Below, in pieces: positions 53,416 through 64,000 of a DNA stretch of 64,000 nt. Origin of the DNA: an uncultured Gemmatimonadales bacterium (GTDB lineage: Bacteria; Gemmatimonadota; Gemmatimonadetes; Longimicrobiales; RSA9); NCBI GenBank assembly GCA_963741945.1, contig CAVUKA010000001.1, positions 928,001 to 992,000 on the forward strand, read 5' to 3'. The position numbers were made by a program, and so were the translations under genes. Position 1 is the first letter of the stretch; every line of letters starts with the position of its first letter. The notes below the pieces were generated by a model. That model saw nothing but the letters and a program-made list of their open reading frames with translations, was not told where the DNA came from and did not search any database.

Positions 53416-54521
53416 GCGCGCCGAAGCCCCGGGTGGTGGTGGTCGGCGGCGGAATCATCGGGTGCGCGTCCGCGTGGCGACTCGCTCGCGCGGGTGCGGA
53501 CGTGCTGCTCATCGAGCGGGACGTGCCGGGAGCCCACGCCTCCTCGGCGGCGGCCGGCATGCTCTCGCCGCTGAAAGAGGCGGAAGAGCCGGGACCATTC
53601 CTGGAGCTCGGGCTGCAATCCCTCGAGCGGTATCCCGAGTTCATCCGCGACGTTCAGGCGGCGTCCGGACTGGACGTGGGCTTCCGCCGGGACGGGCGCC
53701 TGGACGTGGCCCTCGATGACGAGGCCGCCGCGGCACTCCGCCGGCACCAGCGCATGCAGGCGGAAGCGGGGCACGACAGCCGGCTCGTGGAAGGTGCGGA
53801 GCTCCGCCGCATCGAGCCCGCCATCACGCCGGACGCGATCCTCGCCCTGGCTACCGAGCACGATTTCCGCGTCGACAACGCGCTGCTGGTCCGCGCGCTC
53901 TGGATCGCCGCGGTGCGCGAGGGTGTCCGGGCGCGAACCGGGGTTTCGGTGACTGCGGTGGACGTAGCCGGTCACAGGGTCACCGGTGTGCGGCTGGAGC
54001 GGGGGGAAACCGTGGCCGCCGAAGTGGTGGTGGTCGCGGCTGGCGCGTGGAGTGGACAGCTCCAGCTTCCCCGCCGGCTGCCCGTGCGGCCGGTCCGCGG
54101 GCAGATCGTGGTCCTCCGTACCGTGCCGCCCGTGCTCGGCCGGAGCACGTGGGGGCCGGGCGCGTACCTGGTGCCCCGGATCGACGGTCGCCTCCTCGTG
54201 GGCTCCACCATGGAGGAGGTGGGGTTCGTGCCGGAGGTCACGGCCGGGGCCGTGGAGCGGCTGCTGCGCGTGGCCGCCCGCGTGGCGCCCGCGCTCGCCG
54301 ACGCGCCGCTCGAAGGCTTCCAGGTGGGGCTCCGCCCCGCCACCGATGACGGCCTTCCCATCATCGGCCGGGACGCGGACGTGGACGGCCTGGTATTCGC
54401 CACCGGCCACTTCCGTAACGGCATCCTGCTGGCCCCGGAGACTGCGGAGCGGGTCGTGGGCGCGGCGCTGAGGCAGGAGCCGGCGCAGGCGGCGTTCGAT
54501 CCCGGTCGCTTCGGCGCCTGA
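53412..54521 (+). CDS. thiO: Glycine oxidase
   Basis: GGGIIG, SSAAAGML, PVRGQ, YLVPR, GLRP, GHFRNGILLAP. Confidence 0.9.
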   Translation: MSAPKPRVVVVGGGIIGCASAWRLARAGADVLLIERDVPGAHASSAAAGMLSPLKEAEEPGPFLELGLQSLERYPEFIRDVQAASGLDVGFRRDGRLDVALDDEAAAALRRHQRMQAEAGHDSRLVEGAELRRIEPAITPDAILALATEHDFRVDNALLVRALWIAAVREGVRARTGVSVTAVDVAGHRVTGVRLERGETVAAEVVVVAAGAWSGQLQLPRRLPVRPVRGQIVVLRTVPPVLGRSTWGPGAYLVPRIDGRLLVGSTMEEVGFVPEVTAGAVERLLRVAARVAPALADAPLEGFQVGLRPATDDGLPIIGRDADVDGLVFATGHFRNGILLAPETAERVVGAALRQEPAQAAFDPGRFGA

Positions 54522-54541
54522 ACGCCCTGCGAAATGGCGGT

Positions 54542-54994
54542 CTACTGCGACCGCTTCCGCTCTTCGAGCGACCGGAAATACTCCGCCACCGATGTGCGTC
54601 CGTACAGGTACCACGCCAGCGCGGCGGCGAACGGGAGGGTCACGGCGACGGGCCGTGCCAGGTCGCCGGCGCTCTGCGCCACCCCCGTGAATGCGGGCGC
54701 CACGGCGGCCAGGGCGAGGGGAAGGAACACGGCCGCCCGGGCCCACGGCCTCCGCAACGCGAGCGCCAGCGCCGCCCCCGCGGCGGCCAGCGCCATCGGC
54801 GCCAGGATCGGCACCAGGCGCGTCAGTGCTTCGCCCCGGCGAATGCTCCGCCCGGCCATCATGACCGGCCCCTCTCCGAACCCGAGCGTGAGCAGGATGA
54901 GGATGAGCGCTCCCGCCCAGAAGCCGAACAGCCAGCCGAGCAGGCTGAGGCCGAGCGGCCGTTCCGGACCGTCGCTTCCGCTGGTCTCACTCAC
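54542..54994 (-). CDS. Hypothetical 4-TM membrane protein
   Basis: GTGA overlap with the pilD stop; RPLG motif, four hydrophobic helices, ending V.EYF. Confidence 0.72.
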   Translation of the reverse strand: MSETSGSDGPERPLGLSLLGWLFGFWAGALILILLTLGFGEGPVMMAGRSIRRGEALTRLVPILAPMALAAAGAALALALRRPWARAAVFLPLALAAVAPAFTGVAQSAGDLARPVAVTLPFAAALAWYLYGRTSVAEYFRSLEERKRSQ

Positions 54995-55776
54995 GTGGGC
55001 AGTGTGTAGGCGATGTACCATGCCAGCAGCCAGCCACCCCAGACATAGGTCACCGCTCCGCCCATCGCCAGGAAGGTGCCCAGCGGGAGGTAGGTCCCCA
55101 GCGCCTCGAGGTCGCCTTTGCGCCACGCCAGCGGAACGCCGATCAGCAGGCCGAACACCGAGCCGAGGAACACGGTCAGGAAGGCCCCGCCGACGCCGAG
55201 GAACGCGCCGATCATCGCCAGCATGTGGATGTCGCCCACACCGAGAGCGGGCTTCCGGAACATCGCTTCCGCGCCCAGCTTCACGACCCACATGAACGCG
55301 TAGGCCGCGACGGCGCCGATGAGAGCATTCCTGAGCGGGTAGCCGCCCGGCCACGCCGCCAGCCCCAGGCCGAGCACCACGCCACCCAGGGAGAGGTGGT
55401 CCGGGATGACGCGGTGCCGCCCATCCGTGATGGCGATTCCCAGGAGAAGCGTGAGGAGGAGTGCGCCCCGCACCGCTTCCAGCCCCGGGCCCTGCCAGAG
55501 CGCCATCCCGAGCCAGACCAGCGCCACGGCGAGCTCCACCAGCGGGTACTGGAGCGAGATCGGCGCGCCGCACGAGCGGCACCGCCCGCGCAGGAGGATC
55601 CAGCTCACCACGGGGATGTTGTCGTGCCACGCTATGGGGGTCCTGCAGCCGGGACAGCGGGAGCGGGGCCGCACCACCGACTCGCCGGCAGGCCAGCGGT
55701 AGACCGCGACGTTCAGAAACGACCCCACGGCCGCGCCCACGAGGGTCAGGTAGAGCGTGGAAAGCGCTGTGCTCAT
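54991..55776 (-). CDS. pilD: Type IV prepilin peptidase / N-methyltransferase
   Basis: GSFLNV..YRWP, CPGC...CRSC, YPLVE, ITD, GVGD. Confidence 0.95.
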   Translation of the reverse strand: MSTALSTLYLTLVGAAVGSFLNVAVYRWPAGESVVRPRSRCPGCRTPIAWHDNIPVVSWILLRGRCRSCGAPISLQYPLVELAVALVWLGMALWQGPGLEAVRGALLLTLLLGIAITDGRHRVIPDHLSLGGVVLGLGLAAWPGGYPLRNALIGAVAAYAFMWVVKLGAEAMFRKPALGVGDIHMLAMIGAFLGVGGAFLTVFLGSVFGLLIGVPLAWRKGDLEALGTYLPLGTFLAMGGAVTYVWGGWLLAWYIAYTLPT

Positions 55777-56555
55777 GTTGCTTCCCTTGTCACCGCGTAC
55801 ATGAGGATTCCCGCCGCGACCGCCACGTTCAACGATTCCGTCCCCGCCTCCATCGGCACCGCCACCAGCCGCGCGCACCGCTGCCGCACGGCGGTCCCGA
55901 GGCCGGCGCCCTCGTTTCCTACTGCCAGGGCCAGCCGCCCGGGCCGCGACACCGCTCCGGTGACCCACTCTCCCGCTGCGTCGGCGCCCCAGGCCGCGAA
56001 GCCGTGGCGGTCCAGCCAGTCCCACGCGGTGCCCTCATCGGAGAGCACCACCGGGACACGGAACAGCGCGCCCGCCGCGGCGCGCACGGCCTTTCCGTTC
56101 CACGGGTCCGCGGTCCCGGGGAGGCAGATCAGCGCCATGCAACCGAATGCCGCCGCGCTGCGCGCCAGGGTACCCACGTTGCCGGGGTCCTGCACGCCAT
56201 CGAGCACCACGACGAATCCCGGACCACGGGGCTCGATGGCTTCCAGCGAGGGCGCGGGGATGGAGGCAACCGCCAGCACGCCCTGGGGCGCCTCCGTCGC
56301 CGAGAGCTGGCGCAGCTCGGATTCCCGGACCTCCCGCACCGCCTCCGGTGCGACGTCGGCGAGGCGGGACCGGAGAGCGCGCCCGCGCTCCGTTTCGCCG
56401 AGCGCGGGAGAAACCACCACGAGCCGGGCCGGCAGCCGGGCCGCGAGCAGCTCGTCCACCACGCGCACACCTTCGGCCAGGAACAGCCCCTCGGACTCGC
56501 GGGCCTTCCGCCGCTTCAGTGAGCGCACCAGGCGATCTTCGCTTTTGCTCAGCAT
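55773..56555 (-). CDS. TrmH/SpoU-family RNA methyltransferase
   Basis: QDPGNVGTL.R, VGNEGAGL, ESLNVAVA. Confidence 0.93.
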   Translation of the reverse strand: MLSKSEDRLVRSLKRRKARESEGLFLAEGVRVVDELLAARLPARLVVVSPALGETERGRALRSRLADVAPEAVREVRESELRQLSATEAPQGVLAVASIPAPSLEAIEPRGPGFVVVLDGVQDPGNVGTLARSAAAFGCMALICLPGTADPWNGKAVRAAAGALFRVPVVLSDEGTAWDWLDRHGFAAWGADAAGEWVTGAVSRPGRLALAVGNEGAGLGTAVRQRCARLVAVPMEAGTESLNVAVAAGILMYAVTREAT

Positions 56556-56564
56556 CTGCTCGTA

Positions 56565-56580
56565 TGGTATATGCCTTGCA
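56565..56580 (+). promoter_or_regulatory. Sigma54 promoter (M48 protease gene)
   Basis: TGGTATATGCCTTGCA (GG-N10-GC), 47 bp upstream of ATG 56627. Confidence 0.7.
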
Positions 56581-56626
56581 CCCCGCTTCACTTCCGAACC
56601 AGGAAGTCCCGAGGAGGATCACCGCC

Positions 56627-57460
56627 ATGACCGCTTTTTCGAGCGTGCGCCGATTCCTGCCACTCGGCCTCACGGCCAGTGCGCTGGCGCTGTCCGCCTG
56701 CGGAGTCTCGACGCAGCAGGAAATCCAGATGGGCCAGCAGTACGCGGCCCAGATCAACCGGCAGCTGCCCATTGTGGACGACCCGCAGATCCACCGGTAC
56801 CTGAACCAGCTGGGCTACCGCATCCAGCACCAGCCGGGGAACCGGGACATACAGTACACGTTCTATCTCGTCAACACGGATGAGCTGAACGCGTTCGCCA
56901 TCCCGGGCGGGTACGTCTACATCAACCGCGGGGTAGTCGAGAAGTCGAGCAACCTGTCCGAGCTGGCGGGCGTGGTCGCCCACGAGATCGGCCACGTGGA
57001 AGAGCGCCACAGCGTGAAGCTCATGGAGCAGGCGCAGGCCACGCAGGTGGGCGCCACCGTGGCGAGCGTGCTGCTGGGGGTGGAGCCGAACAGCGTGGCG
57101 GGGGCGGCCATCAACGTGGGCGCCCAGGCGTACCTGGCGCACCACAGCCGGGAGGACGAGAACCAGGCGGACTCCGTGGCCGTGGTGCTCCTCCCCCGGG
57201 CGGGCATCGACCCGGGCGGGCTGGTCACGCTCTTTCAGAAGCTGCTGGCCCAGCGGGAGAGCCAGCCCTCGACACTGGAGCAGTGGTTCTCCACCCACCC
57301 GCTCACGGAGGACCGGATCAACCACGTCCGTGAGCTGATCCAGAAGCTGCCGCCCGCCGAGACGGTCAACCTCCAGGTGACGTCGCCCGAGTTCGCCGCG
57401 TTCAAGGCCCGCGTCCATCAGCTTCCGCCACCGCCACCATCGGCGACGAAGGGCGGATAG
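56627..57460 (+). CDS. M48-family metalloprotease lipoprotein (BepA/LoiP-like)
   Basis: GAGGAGG RBS; lipobox LSAC; NAFAIPGG, HEIGH, SREDENQAD, FSTHP. Confidence 0.93.
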   Translation: MTAFSSVRRFLPLGLTASALALSACGVSTQQEIQMGQQYAAQINRQLPIVDDPQIHRYLNQLGYRIQHQPGNRDIQYTFYLVNTDELNAFAIPGGYVYINRGVVEKSSNLSELAGVVAHEIGHVEERHSVKLMEQAQATQVGATVASVLLGVEPNSVAGAAINVGAQAYLAHHSREDENQADSVAVVLLPRAGIDPGGLVTLFQKLLAQRESQPSTLEQWFSTHPLTEDRINHVRELIQKLPPAETVNLQVTSPEFAAFKARVHQLPPPPPSATKGG

Positions 57461-57481
57461 GCCACTCCGTCCGGCCGCTCC

Positions 57482-57515
57482 GCGGGGCCCCGCACCTTCC
57501 GGCGCGGGGCCCCGC
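57482..57515 (+). terminator. GC-rich hairpin after the M48 gene
   Basis: GCGGGGCCCCGC-ACC-TTCC-GGC-GCGGGGCCCCGC, followed by CCCTCTTT. Confidence 0.55.
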
Positions 57516-57610
57516 CCCTCTTTCGACACCCCGCGTCCCGCACCTACGTTGAGCGCGCTCGCGCGCCCTCCGCGGCGCTCCCGTTCCCCGACCGCTCGAC
57601 GCGACGGACG

Positions 57611-58411
57611 ATGTCTCCTCTCGCAGTGGCACTCACCATCGCCGGCAGCGACAGCGGCGGCGGCGCCGGCATCCAGGCGGACCTGAAGACTTTCCACGCG
57701 TTCGGCGTTTTCGGCACCAGCGCGGTGACGGCCATCACCGTGCAGGACACACTCGGGGTCCACGGCGTTCATGCCGTTCCCGACGAGATGGTGCGGCGGC
57801 AGATCGAAGTGGTGGTGCGCGACCTCCGCCCATCCGCGTGCAAGACCGGAATGCTGGCCACGGCGGGCGTGGTCGAGACCGTGGCGCGGGCGATCGAGCA
57901 GCTCGCGCTGCCGGCCTACGTTCTCGATCCGGTGATGGTGGCGACCAGCGGCGATCGACTCCTCGACCGTGATGCGGAAGGCGCCGTGCTGGACCGGCTC
58001 GTCCCCCTCGCCACCTTGGTCACGCCCAATCTGGACGAGGCCGCGCTGCTCGCGGGGCGCGCTGTGGAGAGCGAAGCCGAGATGCGCGCCGTCGGCGAGA
58101 TGCTGGTCGAGCGTGGCGCCGGCGCAGTTCTGGTGAAAGGCGGCCACCTGAGCGGCAGCGAAGTAGTGGACATCCTGGTCGATGCAGAGGGGCATCACAG
58201 CTGGCGGCGCCCGAAGCTCGCCACACGGAGCACGCACGGGACCGGCTGCACGCTCTCCGCAGCGATCGCCGCGGGGCTCGCGCTGGGCCGCCCTCTCCGC
58301 GAGGCGGTGGAGAGCGCGCTGGATTACGTGCACAGGGCCATCGCCGAAGCGCCGGGCCTCGGCGCCGGCAACGGTCCCCTCAACCACTTCGTTCCCGTCC
58401 GCGGGCGCTGA
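57611..58411 (+). CDS. thiD: Hydroxymethylpyrimidine/phosphomethylpyrimidine kinase
   Basis: [38 protein letters not shown]. Confidence 0.96.
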   Translation: MSPLAVALTIAGSDSGGGAGIQADLKTFHAFGVFGTSAVTAITVQDTLGVHGVHAVPDEMVRRQIEVVVRDLRPSACKTGMLATAGVVETVARAIEQLALPAYVLDPVMVATSGDRLLDRDAEGAVLDRLVPLATLVTPNLDEAALLAGRAVESEAEMRAVGEMLVERGAGAVLVKGGHLSGSEVVDILVDAEGHHSWRRPKLATRSTHGTGCTLSAAIAAGLALGRPLREAVESALDYVHRAIAEAPGLGAGNGPLNHFVPVRGR

Positions 58412-58444
58412 AGCCGCAACCACCGGGCGCCGCGCGGCGGTGGC

Positions 58445-60109
58445 TCACCGCCCCGGCCCGCTGCTGGTCCCCACGTACCAGTCGGTCACGTGCACGAGGG
58501 CGCCGCGGATGTCCATGTCGAGAGCATGGACCCGCTCTCTCGCCAGGAACGCGTCCGTCTGATAGAAGAGCAGTGTCCACGGCTGGTCCTGGAGCAGGAT
58601 GCCCTGCACCCGGTGCCACATCGGAATGGCCCGTCCCCGGTCCGGCTCTGCGCTCGCGGCATCCATCAGCGCGTCCAGCCGTGGATTGCGGTACGACGCG
58701 AACTGGTAGGGTCCGGTCACGGCCTCCGAATGGAAAACGTCGTGCAGGTCGAGGCGGAAGTCGCCTACCCACCCGAGCAGAGCCGCATCGAAGTTCCGCT
58801 TCGGGGACGTCAGGTCCGCGAACAGCGTGGTGCCCTCCGTCGGCCGCGTGCTCATGCGCACGCCCACCCCCGCTAGGTCGTGGCGCACCGCTTCGGCGAT
58901 GTCACGGTAATAGTCGCTGCCCGCGGGCAGCTCGAGCTCGATGGTGAACGCGTCACCATCCGGCCGGTCGAGCATGCCGTCGCCATCCCGATCCTCGATG
59001 CCGGCGGCGGCCAGCAGGGCGCGGGCGGAGTCTGGCGCGTACGGCAGGGGTAGCAGGGAGTCGTCGTACGCCCAATGGGAAGGCAGGACCGGCGCCACGG
59101 CCACCTCGCCGAAGCCCTGCCGGAACCGCTGCAGGATGGCCTCCCGGTCCACGGCCATCGCCAGGGCGCGCCGGACCCGCGCGTCGTCCAGCGGGGGACG
59201 GAGCTCATTCCACACGATGAACGCGAACTGTCGGGACGGCTTCACCACAGCCCTGAGCTCCGGACGCTCGGCGAGCTCGGTCACCTGCTCCGGCCGGGGC
59301 TGCAGGATGAGGTCGACCTCCCCCACCCGGAGCTCCGTCAGCTGGGCGGAGTTCTCCGGGATCACGCGCCAGACCACCCGATCGAGCCGGGGACGTCCCC
59401 CGAGCGCCTCGGGAAAGTCGTCGTTGGCCTCGAAGACCCAGCGGTCGTTCATCCGGCGCGACACGAATCGGAACGGCCCGTTGCCCACCGGGCGACGATT
59501 GAATTCCGCCTGTCTCAGCCGCTCCGGCGGGATCGTATCCAGCAGGTGCTTCGGGACGATCGGTGTGAACGGCAGGCCCGCGAGCGGGTCGGGGCGCGGC
59601 TCGAGATGGAACCGGACCGTGAACGAATCCATCACCTCGCCGGCCGACCACCCCTTGAAATAGTCGCTGTTCGAGAACCCGGTGGCGGGGTCCGTGGCCC
59701 GCTGAAACGTGAAGAGCACGTCCTCCGCTGTGGTCGGCGCGCCGTCGTGCCAGCGGACGTCGTGCCGCAGGTGGAAGACCACGGCCGTGTCGCCCACCAG
59801 CTCCCAGGACTGCGCGAGGTACGGCGTGTACTCGAGCTCGGGGCCGAGCTGGAGGAGAGGCATGAAGAGGACGTAGCGGTGCACCTCGTTGGTCCACGCA
59901 TCGACGGACAGCAGCGGATTGCCCGCGTCCAGGTCGTTCCCCGCGCCGATCACGACGGTCCCGCCCCCCCGGGACGCATCGTCCCGGGCACACGCGGCGA
60001 GGGCGGGAAGGGCGAGGAGACACGCGGCTACCTGTGCGGCTGCCCGTGACAGAATGCGCGCGCGCGCACGGAAGCTCTTGGATGTGATTCCGCGAGGTTC
60101 GGAGGCCAT
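58445..60109 (-). CDS. Family 5 (peptide/nickel) ABC transporter substrate-binding lipoprotein; start uncertain
   Basis: Lipobox LAAC; FHLR.DVRWHDG.P.TAEDV.FT, PVGNGPF, VRRALAMAVDR. Confidence 0.9.
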   Translation of the reverse strand: MASEPRGITSKSFRARARILSRAAAQVAACLLALPALAACARDDASRGGGTVVIGAGNDLDAGNPLLSVDAWTNEVHRYVLFMPLLQLGPELEYTPYLAQSWELVGDTAVVFHLRHDVRWHDGAPTTAEDVLFTFQRATDPATGFSNSDYFKGWSAGEVMDSFTVRFHLEPRPDPLAGLPFTPIVPKHLLDTIPPERLRQAEFNRRPVGNGPFRFVSRRMNDRWVFEANDDFPEALGGRPRLDRVVWRVIPENSAQLTELRVGEVDLILQPRPEQVTELAERPELRAVVKPSRQFAFIVWNELRPPLDDARVRRALAMAVDREAILQRFRQGFGEVAVAPVLPSHWAYDDSLLPLPYAPDSARALLAAAGIEDRDGDGMLDRPDGDAFTIELELPAGSDYYRDIAEAVRHDLAGVGVRMSTRPTEGTTLFADLTSPKRNFDAALLGWVGDFRLDLHDVFHSEAVTGPYQFASYRNPRLDALMDAASAEPDRGRAIPMWHRVQGILLQDQPWTLLFYQTDAFLARERVHALDMDIRGALVHVTDWYVGTSSGPGR

Positions 60110-60203
60110 GGCCCGACCCATCGGCTCTGGAGAAGATTGTATCCGGGGAACGCCCAAATGTCGGCCCCGGGGAGTGGCTCCGCAAGCCGCCGACGGGACG
60201 TTT

Positions 60204-61016
60204 TCAGATCCTGCGGATGATTCCCCGCACGAGCCGCTGGAACCGCTCCGCCGCTGCCTTCCCGGCGGCGATGACCTCCTCGTGGTCGAGGGGAATCCCG
60301 GAGATCCCTGCCGCCGGATTGGTGATGAGCGCGAGTCCGAGGACGCGCAGGCCGCCAGCGCGCGCCGTGATCACTTCGGGAACGGTGCTCATCCCCACAG
60401 CGTCGGCGCCCAGGCGTTCGAGCATGCGGATCTCCGCGGGCGTCTCGTAGCTGGGGCCCAGCACGGCGGCGTACACACCGCGGCTCAGCGCGATGTCCGA
60501 TTCCCGCGCCACGTCCAGCGCCAGCTCCTGGAGCGCCGGGTCGTACGCGGCGGTCAGGTCGGGGAATCGGGCTTCCCCGTCCTGGACCGGCCCCACGAGC
60601 GGGTTCCGGCCCATGAGGTTGAGGTGGTCGTGGAGGAGCATCAGCGTGCCGGGGCCGAACAGCCGATTGACGCCTCCGGCCGCGCAGGTGACCAGCAGCG
60701 TGTGCGCGCCCAGCGCAGCCGCGGTGCGAACCGGGAGGGCGAGCTGCTCCGGCGGGTGACCCTCGTAGGCGTGGTACCGCCCCTGGAATGCGAGGACCTC
60801 CTTCCCTTCCAGGCGCCCGGCCACGAGCCTGCCCCGATGACCGACCACCGTCGAGCGGGCGAAGCCGGGGATGTCGCCGTAGTCCACCGCCGTGGCCGCG
60901 TCCAGGGCGTCCGCGAGGTCGCCGAGCCCGCTCCCCAGGATCAGGGCGACGCGGGGCTTCCGCCCGACCTCCGCCTCCAGGAACTCCGCCGCCCGCCGGA
61001 CCGCTTCCGTGCTCAT
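60204..61016 (-). CDS. punA: Purine-nucleoside phosphorylase (trimeric type)
   Basis: ILGSGLG, GHRG, QGRYHAYEG, GPSYETPAE, VGMSTVPE, ITN. Confidence 0.95.
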   Translation of the reverse strand: MSTEAVRRAAEFLEAEVGRKPRVALILGSGLGDLADALDAATAVDYGDIPGFARSTVVGHRGRLVAGRLEGKEVLAFQGRYHAYEGHPPEQLALPVRTAAALGAHTLLVTCAAGGVNRLFGPGTLMLLHDHLNLMGRNPLVGPVQDGEARFPDLTAAYDPALQELALDVARESDIALSRGVYAAVLGPSYETPAEIRMLERLGADAVGMSTVPEVITARAGGLRVLGLALITNPAAGISGIPLDHEEVIAAGKAAAERFQRLVRGIIRRI

Positions 61017-61026
61017 GGTCCTGCTC

Positions 61027-62643
61027 CTAGACCAGGATTCCCGCGATGGTCGCGGTGAGGAACGCCGCCAGGGAGCCCGCGATCATCGCCCGCAGCCCGA
61101 TGCGTGACAGGTCGCTCCGCCGCGACGGGGCGATCCCGCCGATCCCGCCGATCTGGATGGCGATCGAGCTGAAGTTGGCGAACCCTGCCAGGGCATAGGT
61201 GGCGATCACCACCGACCGCGGCGACAGCCCGCCACCACTGGAGAGGATGTCGGAGAGGCGGAGGTACGCGATGAACTCGTTGGCCACCGTCTTGATCCCG
61301 AGGAGCGAGCCCACGGTGGGGGCGTCGTGCCAGGGAACGCCCATGAGCCAGGCCAGCGGTGCCAGGATCCAGCCGAGCAGCACTTCCAGCGTCAGGTTCT
61401 GTCCCTGGGCCAGGGCACCCCAGGAATGGAGCAGCCCTTCCAGCCCGATCCACCCGGCCGCCCAGCCGAGGAGCGCGTTCAGCATGGCGATGAGCGCAAT
61501 GAACGCCAGCAGCATGGCCCCCACGTTGAGCGCCAGCCTCAGCCCATCGCCCGCGCCGCGGGCCGCCGCATCGATCACGTTCGAGTCGAGCGATTCGACC
61601 TCCACGCGCAGCGTCGACGCCGTCACGGGCTCCTCCCGCTCCGGCAACATGAGCTTCGCCATGACCAGCGCCGCCGGCGCCGACATCACCGACGCCGCCA
61701 TGAGGTGACCGGCGATGTCCGGGAAATAGTTCACCAGCATCCCGACGTACGCCGCCATGACGCCGCCCGCCACCGTGGCGAATCCGGCCGTCATCACCGC
61801 CATCAGCTCCGAGAGGGTCATCTGCTCGATGAACGGCTTGATCAGGAGCGGCGCCTCCGTCTGGCCCACGAAGATGTTGCCGGCGGCCGAAAGCGTTTCG
61901 GCGCCCGACGTCCGCATGGTCCGCGTCATCACCCACGCCATCCCCCGCACCACGGCCTGCATCACGCCAATGTGATACAGCACCGTCATGAGCGAGGAGA
62001 AGAAGATGATGGTGGGAAGCACACTGAACGCGAACGACGCCCCCGTCTGCGCCACCAGCCCCACCGTGCCCGCGCCTCCGCCCGTCACCGGCACCGTGTT
62101 CTGGACCAGGTTCCCGAACAGGAAGCTGGCCCCATCGTTGGTGAAGGAAAGCAGCGCGAGCACGACGTCGTTGAGGGTGCCGAAGATGGCGGCGCCCACG
62201 GGCGTCTTCAGGATGAACAGCGCAAAGAGGATCTGGAGCGCCAACCCCCAGAGCACCACGCGCCACTGGATGATACGCCGATCCACGCTCAGCGCCCAGG
62301 CCAGCAGCAGCAGGGCCAGCATTCCCACCACCGAGACCAGTCGCTCGTGCAGGGGCACGTGGACCTGCTCGCGCGTCCCCGACAGCGAGATTCCCGACGG
62401 CCCCTGCGCCGGTTCAGTCCCCACTGCGGCTGCCGCGGTGTCGGCGGCCGGCAGCTCGCTCTCCGCCACTCCGCCCACACCCGTGGCCCGCGCGCTGTCG
62501 CCCGCCTCCTGGATCACGCCGCCGGGCACCGGCGCCTGGACCGGCGCGCCCACCAGTCGGCTCGCCACGCCCGCCATCACGAGCATGGCCGCCATGGCCC
62601 AGAGAATCAGGAGCGCTCGGGGAGCCGGAGCCTTCCTCGGCAT
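61027..62643 (-). CDS. nupC: Concentrative nucleoside transporter (NupC/CNT) with N-terminal extension
   Basis: [49 protein letters not shown]. Confidence 0.94.
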   Translation of the reverse strand: MPRKAPAPRALLILWAMAAMLVMAGVASRLVGAPVQAPVPGGVIQEAGDSARATGVGGVAESELPAADTAAAAVGTEPAQGPSGISLSGTREQVHVPLHERLVSVVGMLALLLLAWALSVDRRIIQWRVVLWGLALQILFALFILKTPVGAAIFGTLNDVVLALLSFTNDGASFLFGNLVQNTVPVTGGGAGTVGLVAQTGASFAFSVLPTIIFFSSLMTVLYHIGVMQAVVRGMAWVMTRTMRTSGAETLSAAGNIFVGQTEAPLLIKPFIEQMTLSELMAVMTAGFATVAGGVMAAYVGMLVNYFPDIAGHLMAASVMSAPAALVMAKLMLPEREEPVTASTLRVEVESLDSNVIDAAARGAGDGLRLALNVGAMLLAFIALIAMLNALLGWAAGWIGLEGLLHSWGALAQGQNLTLEVLLGWILAPLAWLMGVPWHDAPTVGSLLGIKTVANEFIAYLRLSDILSSGGGLSPRSVVIATYALAGFANFSSIAIQIGGIGGIAPSRRSDLSRIGLRAMIAGSLAAFLTATIAGILV

Positions 62644-62692
62644 CTTCTTCGTTGTCGGAATGAGCGTAAAGGGCTGCCGCCCCGGGTGCGGG

Positions 62693-62722
62693 AGAATAGC
62701 CGGACCTCTCCCGCGAGGTCAA
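62693..62722 (-). promoter_or_regulatory. Sigma70-type promoter candidate for nupC-punA
   Basis: Minus strand TTGACC-18 nt-TATTCT. Confidence 0.55.
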
Positions 62723-62828
62723 CGCGGGGCTGCCCGCGATCCCGCAGGTCGGGTCTTCCGGATCCCTGCCACCCTGACAGCGGCAGCTCTCCGGCCCGCC
62801 GATCTGGCGCGAAAAACCGCTGGTTTCC

Positions 62829-62844
62829 CGGCATAGCCGTTGCA
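62829..62844 (+). promoter_or_regulatory. Sigma54 promoter of dnaK
   Basis: CGGCATAGCCGTTGCA (GG-N10-GC); upstream near-palindrome CTGCCA-CCC-TGACAG at 62766-62780. Confidence 0.72.
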
Positions 62845-62937
62845 CCCGAGCATGGCTGGCTACGGGTGCGGACGGCCGGGTTCCTGGGGCGTCCGCGTCT
62901 CGGATGGGCTGACCGATACAGACACAACGGAGAAGAA

Positions 62938-64000
62938 ATGGCGAACAAGGTGATCGGGATCGACCTGGGGACGACCAACTCGGTCGTGGCAGTGATGGAG
63001 GGAGGCGACCCGGTCGTGATCCCGAACGCGGAAGGCGGGCGGACCACGCCGTCCGTGGTCGCGCACACCAAGGACGGGGAGCGGCTGGTGGGGCAGGTGG
63101 CGCGTCGCCAGGCCATCACGAACCCGAAGAACACGGTGGCCTCGATCAAGCGGTTCATGGGGCGCCGGTGCAGTGAAGTGACGAGCGAGCGGGAGAAGGT
63201 CCCGTACGAAATCCGGTGCGATTCCCAGGACCGGGTGGAAGTGCACGTCCCGAACGCCGGCAAGACGTTCACCCCGCCCGAGATCAGCGCGATGGTCCTC
63301 CAGAAGATGAAGCAGACGGCGGAGGACTATCTGGGCACCGAAGTGACACAGGCCGTGATCACGGTCCCGGCGTACTTCGACGACTCGCAGCGGCAGGCCA
63401 CGAAGGACGCGGGCAAGATCGCCGGCCTGGAAGTGCTGCGGATCATCAACGAGCCCACGGCGGCGGCGCTCGCGTACGGCCTGGACAAGAAGAAGGACGA
63501 GGTGATCGCCGTCTACGACCTGGGCGGTGGCACGTACGACATCTCGATCCTGGAGCTGGGCGAGGGTGTGTTCGAGGTGAAGGCCACGAACGGGGACACG
63601 CACCTTGGCGGTGACGATTTCGACCAGCGCGTGATCGACTGGCTCGTGTCGGAGTTCAAGAAGGACCAGGGCATCGACCTGTCCAAGGATGCCATGGCGC
63701 TGCAGCGCCTGAAGGAAGCGGCGGAGAAGGCGAAGATGGAGCTGTCGACCACGCTGTCGACGGACATCAATCTCCCGTTCATCACCGCCACGCAGGAGGG
63801 GCCGAAGCACCTGAACCTGACGCTGACGCGGGCGAAGTTCGAGCAGCTGGTGGACGACCTCATCGAGGGGACCAAGGAGCCAATGCGGAAAGCGCTGGCG
63901 GACGCCGGGCTGAAGCCCGGCGACGTGGACGAGGTGATCCTCGTCGGCGGCTCCACGCGCATTCCGAAGGTCCAGGAAGTGGTGAAGGAGTTCTTCGGGA
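62938..64000 (+). CDS. dnaK: Chaperone DnaK (Hsp70), 3'-truncated by the window edge
   Basis: Own translation (missing from the ORF track because it has no stop): [45 protein letters not shown]. Confidence 0.98.
   Translation, partial: MANKVIGIDLGTTNSVVAVMEGGDPVVIPNAEGGRTTPSVVAHTKDGERLVGQVARRQAITNPKNTVASIKRFMGRRCSEVTSEREKVPYEIRCDSQDRVEVHVPNAGKTFTPPEISAMVLQKMKQTAEDYLGTEVTQAVITVPAYFDDSQRQATKDAGKIAGLEVLRIINEPTAAALAYGLDKKKDEVIAVYDLGGGTYDISILELGEGVFEVKATNGDTHLGGDDFDQRVIDWLVSEFKKDQGIDLSKDAMALQRLKEAAEKAKMELSTTLSTDINLPFITATQEGPKHLNLTLTRAKFEQLVDDLIEGTKEPMRKALADAGLKPGDVDEVILVGGSTRIPKVQEVVKEFFG

Noticed and set aside
57461-57610. TPP riboswitch before thiD (also checked before thiE and thiO)
   Set aside because: No CTGAGA or ACCTGA core; thiE and thiO overlap upstream genes, leaving no leader.

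Overview
High-GC (~70%) bacterial chromosomal window. Gene content and order suggest Gemmatimonadota, possibly Longimicrobiales-like; this is an inference. Left end (1-11 kb) is accessory: the terminal module of an NRPS (C-A-PCP-TE, with an unusual Cys-nucleophile TE motif GHCNG) plus an Sfp PPTase, followed by a self-contained redox sensing/electron-transfer locus. That locus has a heme-c-motif sensor kinase, a sigma54 activator, two identical-spaced palindromic enhancer sites and a -24/-12 promoter, then a pseudo-receiver, a receiver with a C-terminal membrane tail, and a 15-heme cytochrome c fused to cytochrome b (CbcL-like). The rest is mostly housekeeping: purA, dapA/dapB/dapH, pilT, PBP1A, otsA, a diguanylate cyclase, ligA-V4R-ruvX-mltG-thiE, a stand-alone 23S-5S rRNA unit with its own promoter and no 16S, rlmI, a complete F1Fo atp operon, thiO/thiD, pilD, nucleoside salvage genes and the 5' part of dnaK. 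Seven well-placed sigma54 promoters, a Rex-like operator on the atp promoter and two candidate structured RNAs were also seen. No tRNA, CRISPR array or transposase was recognised.
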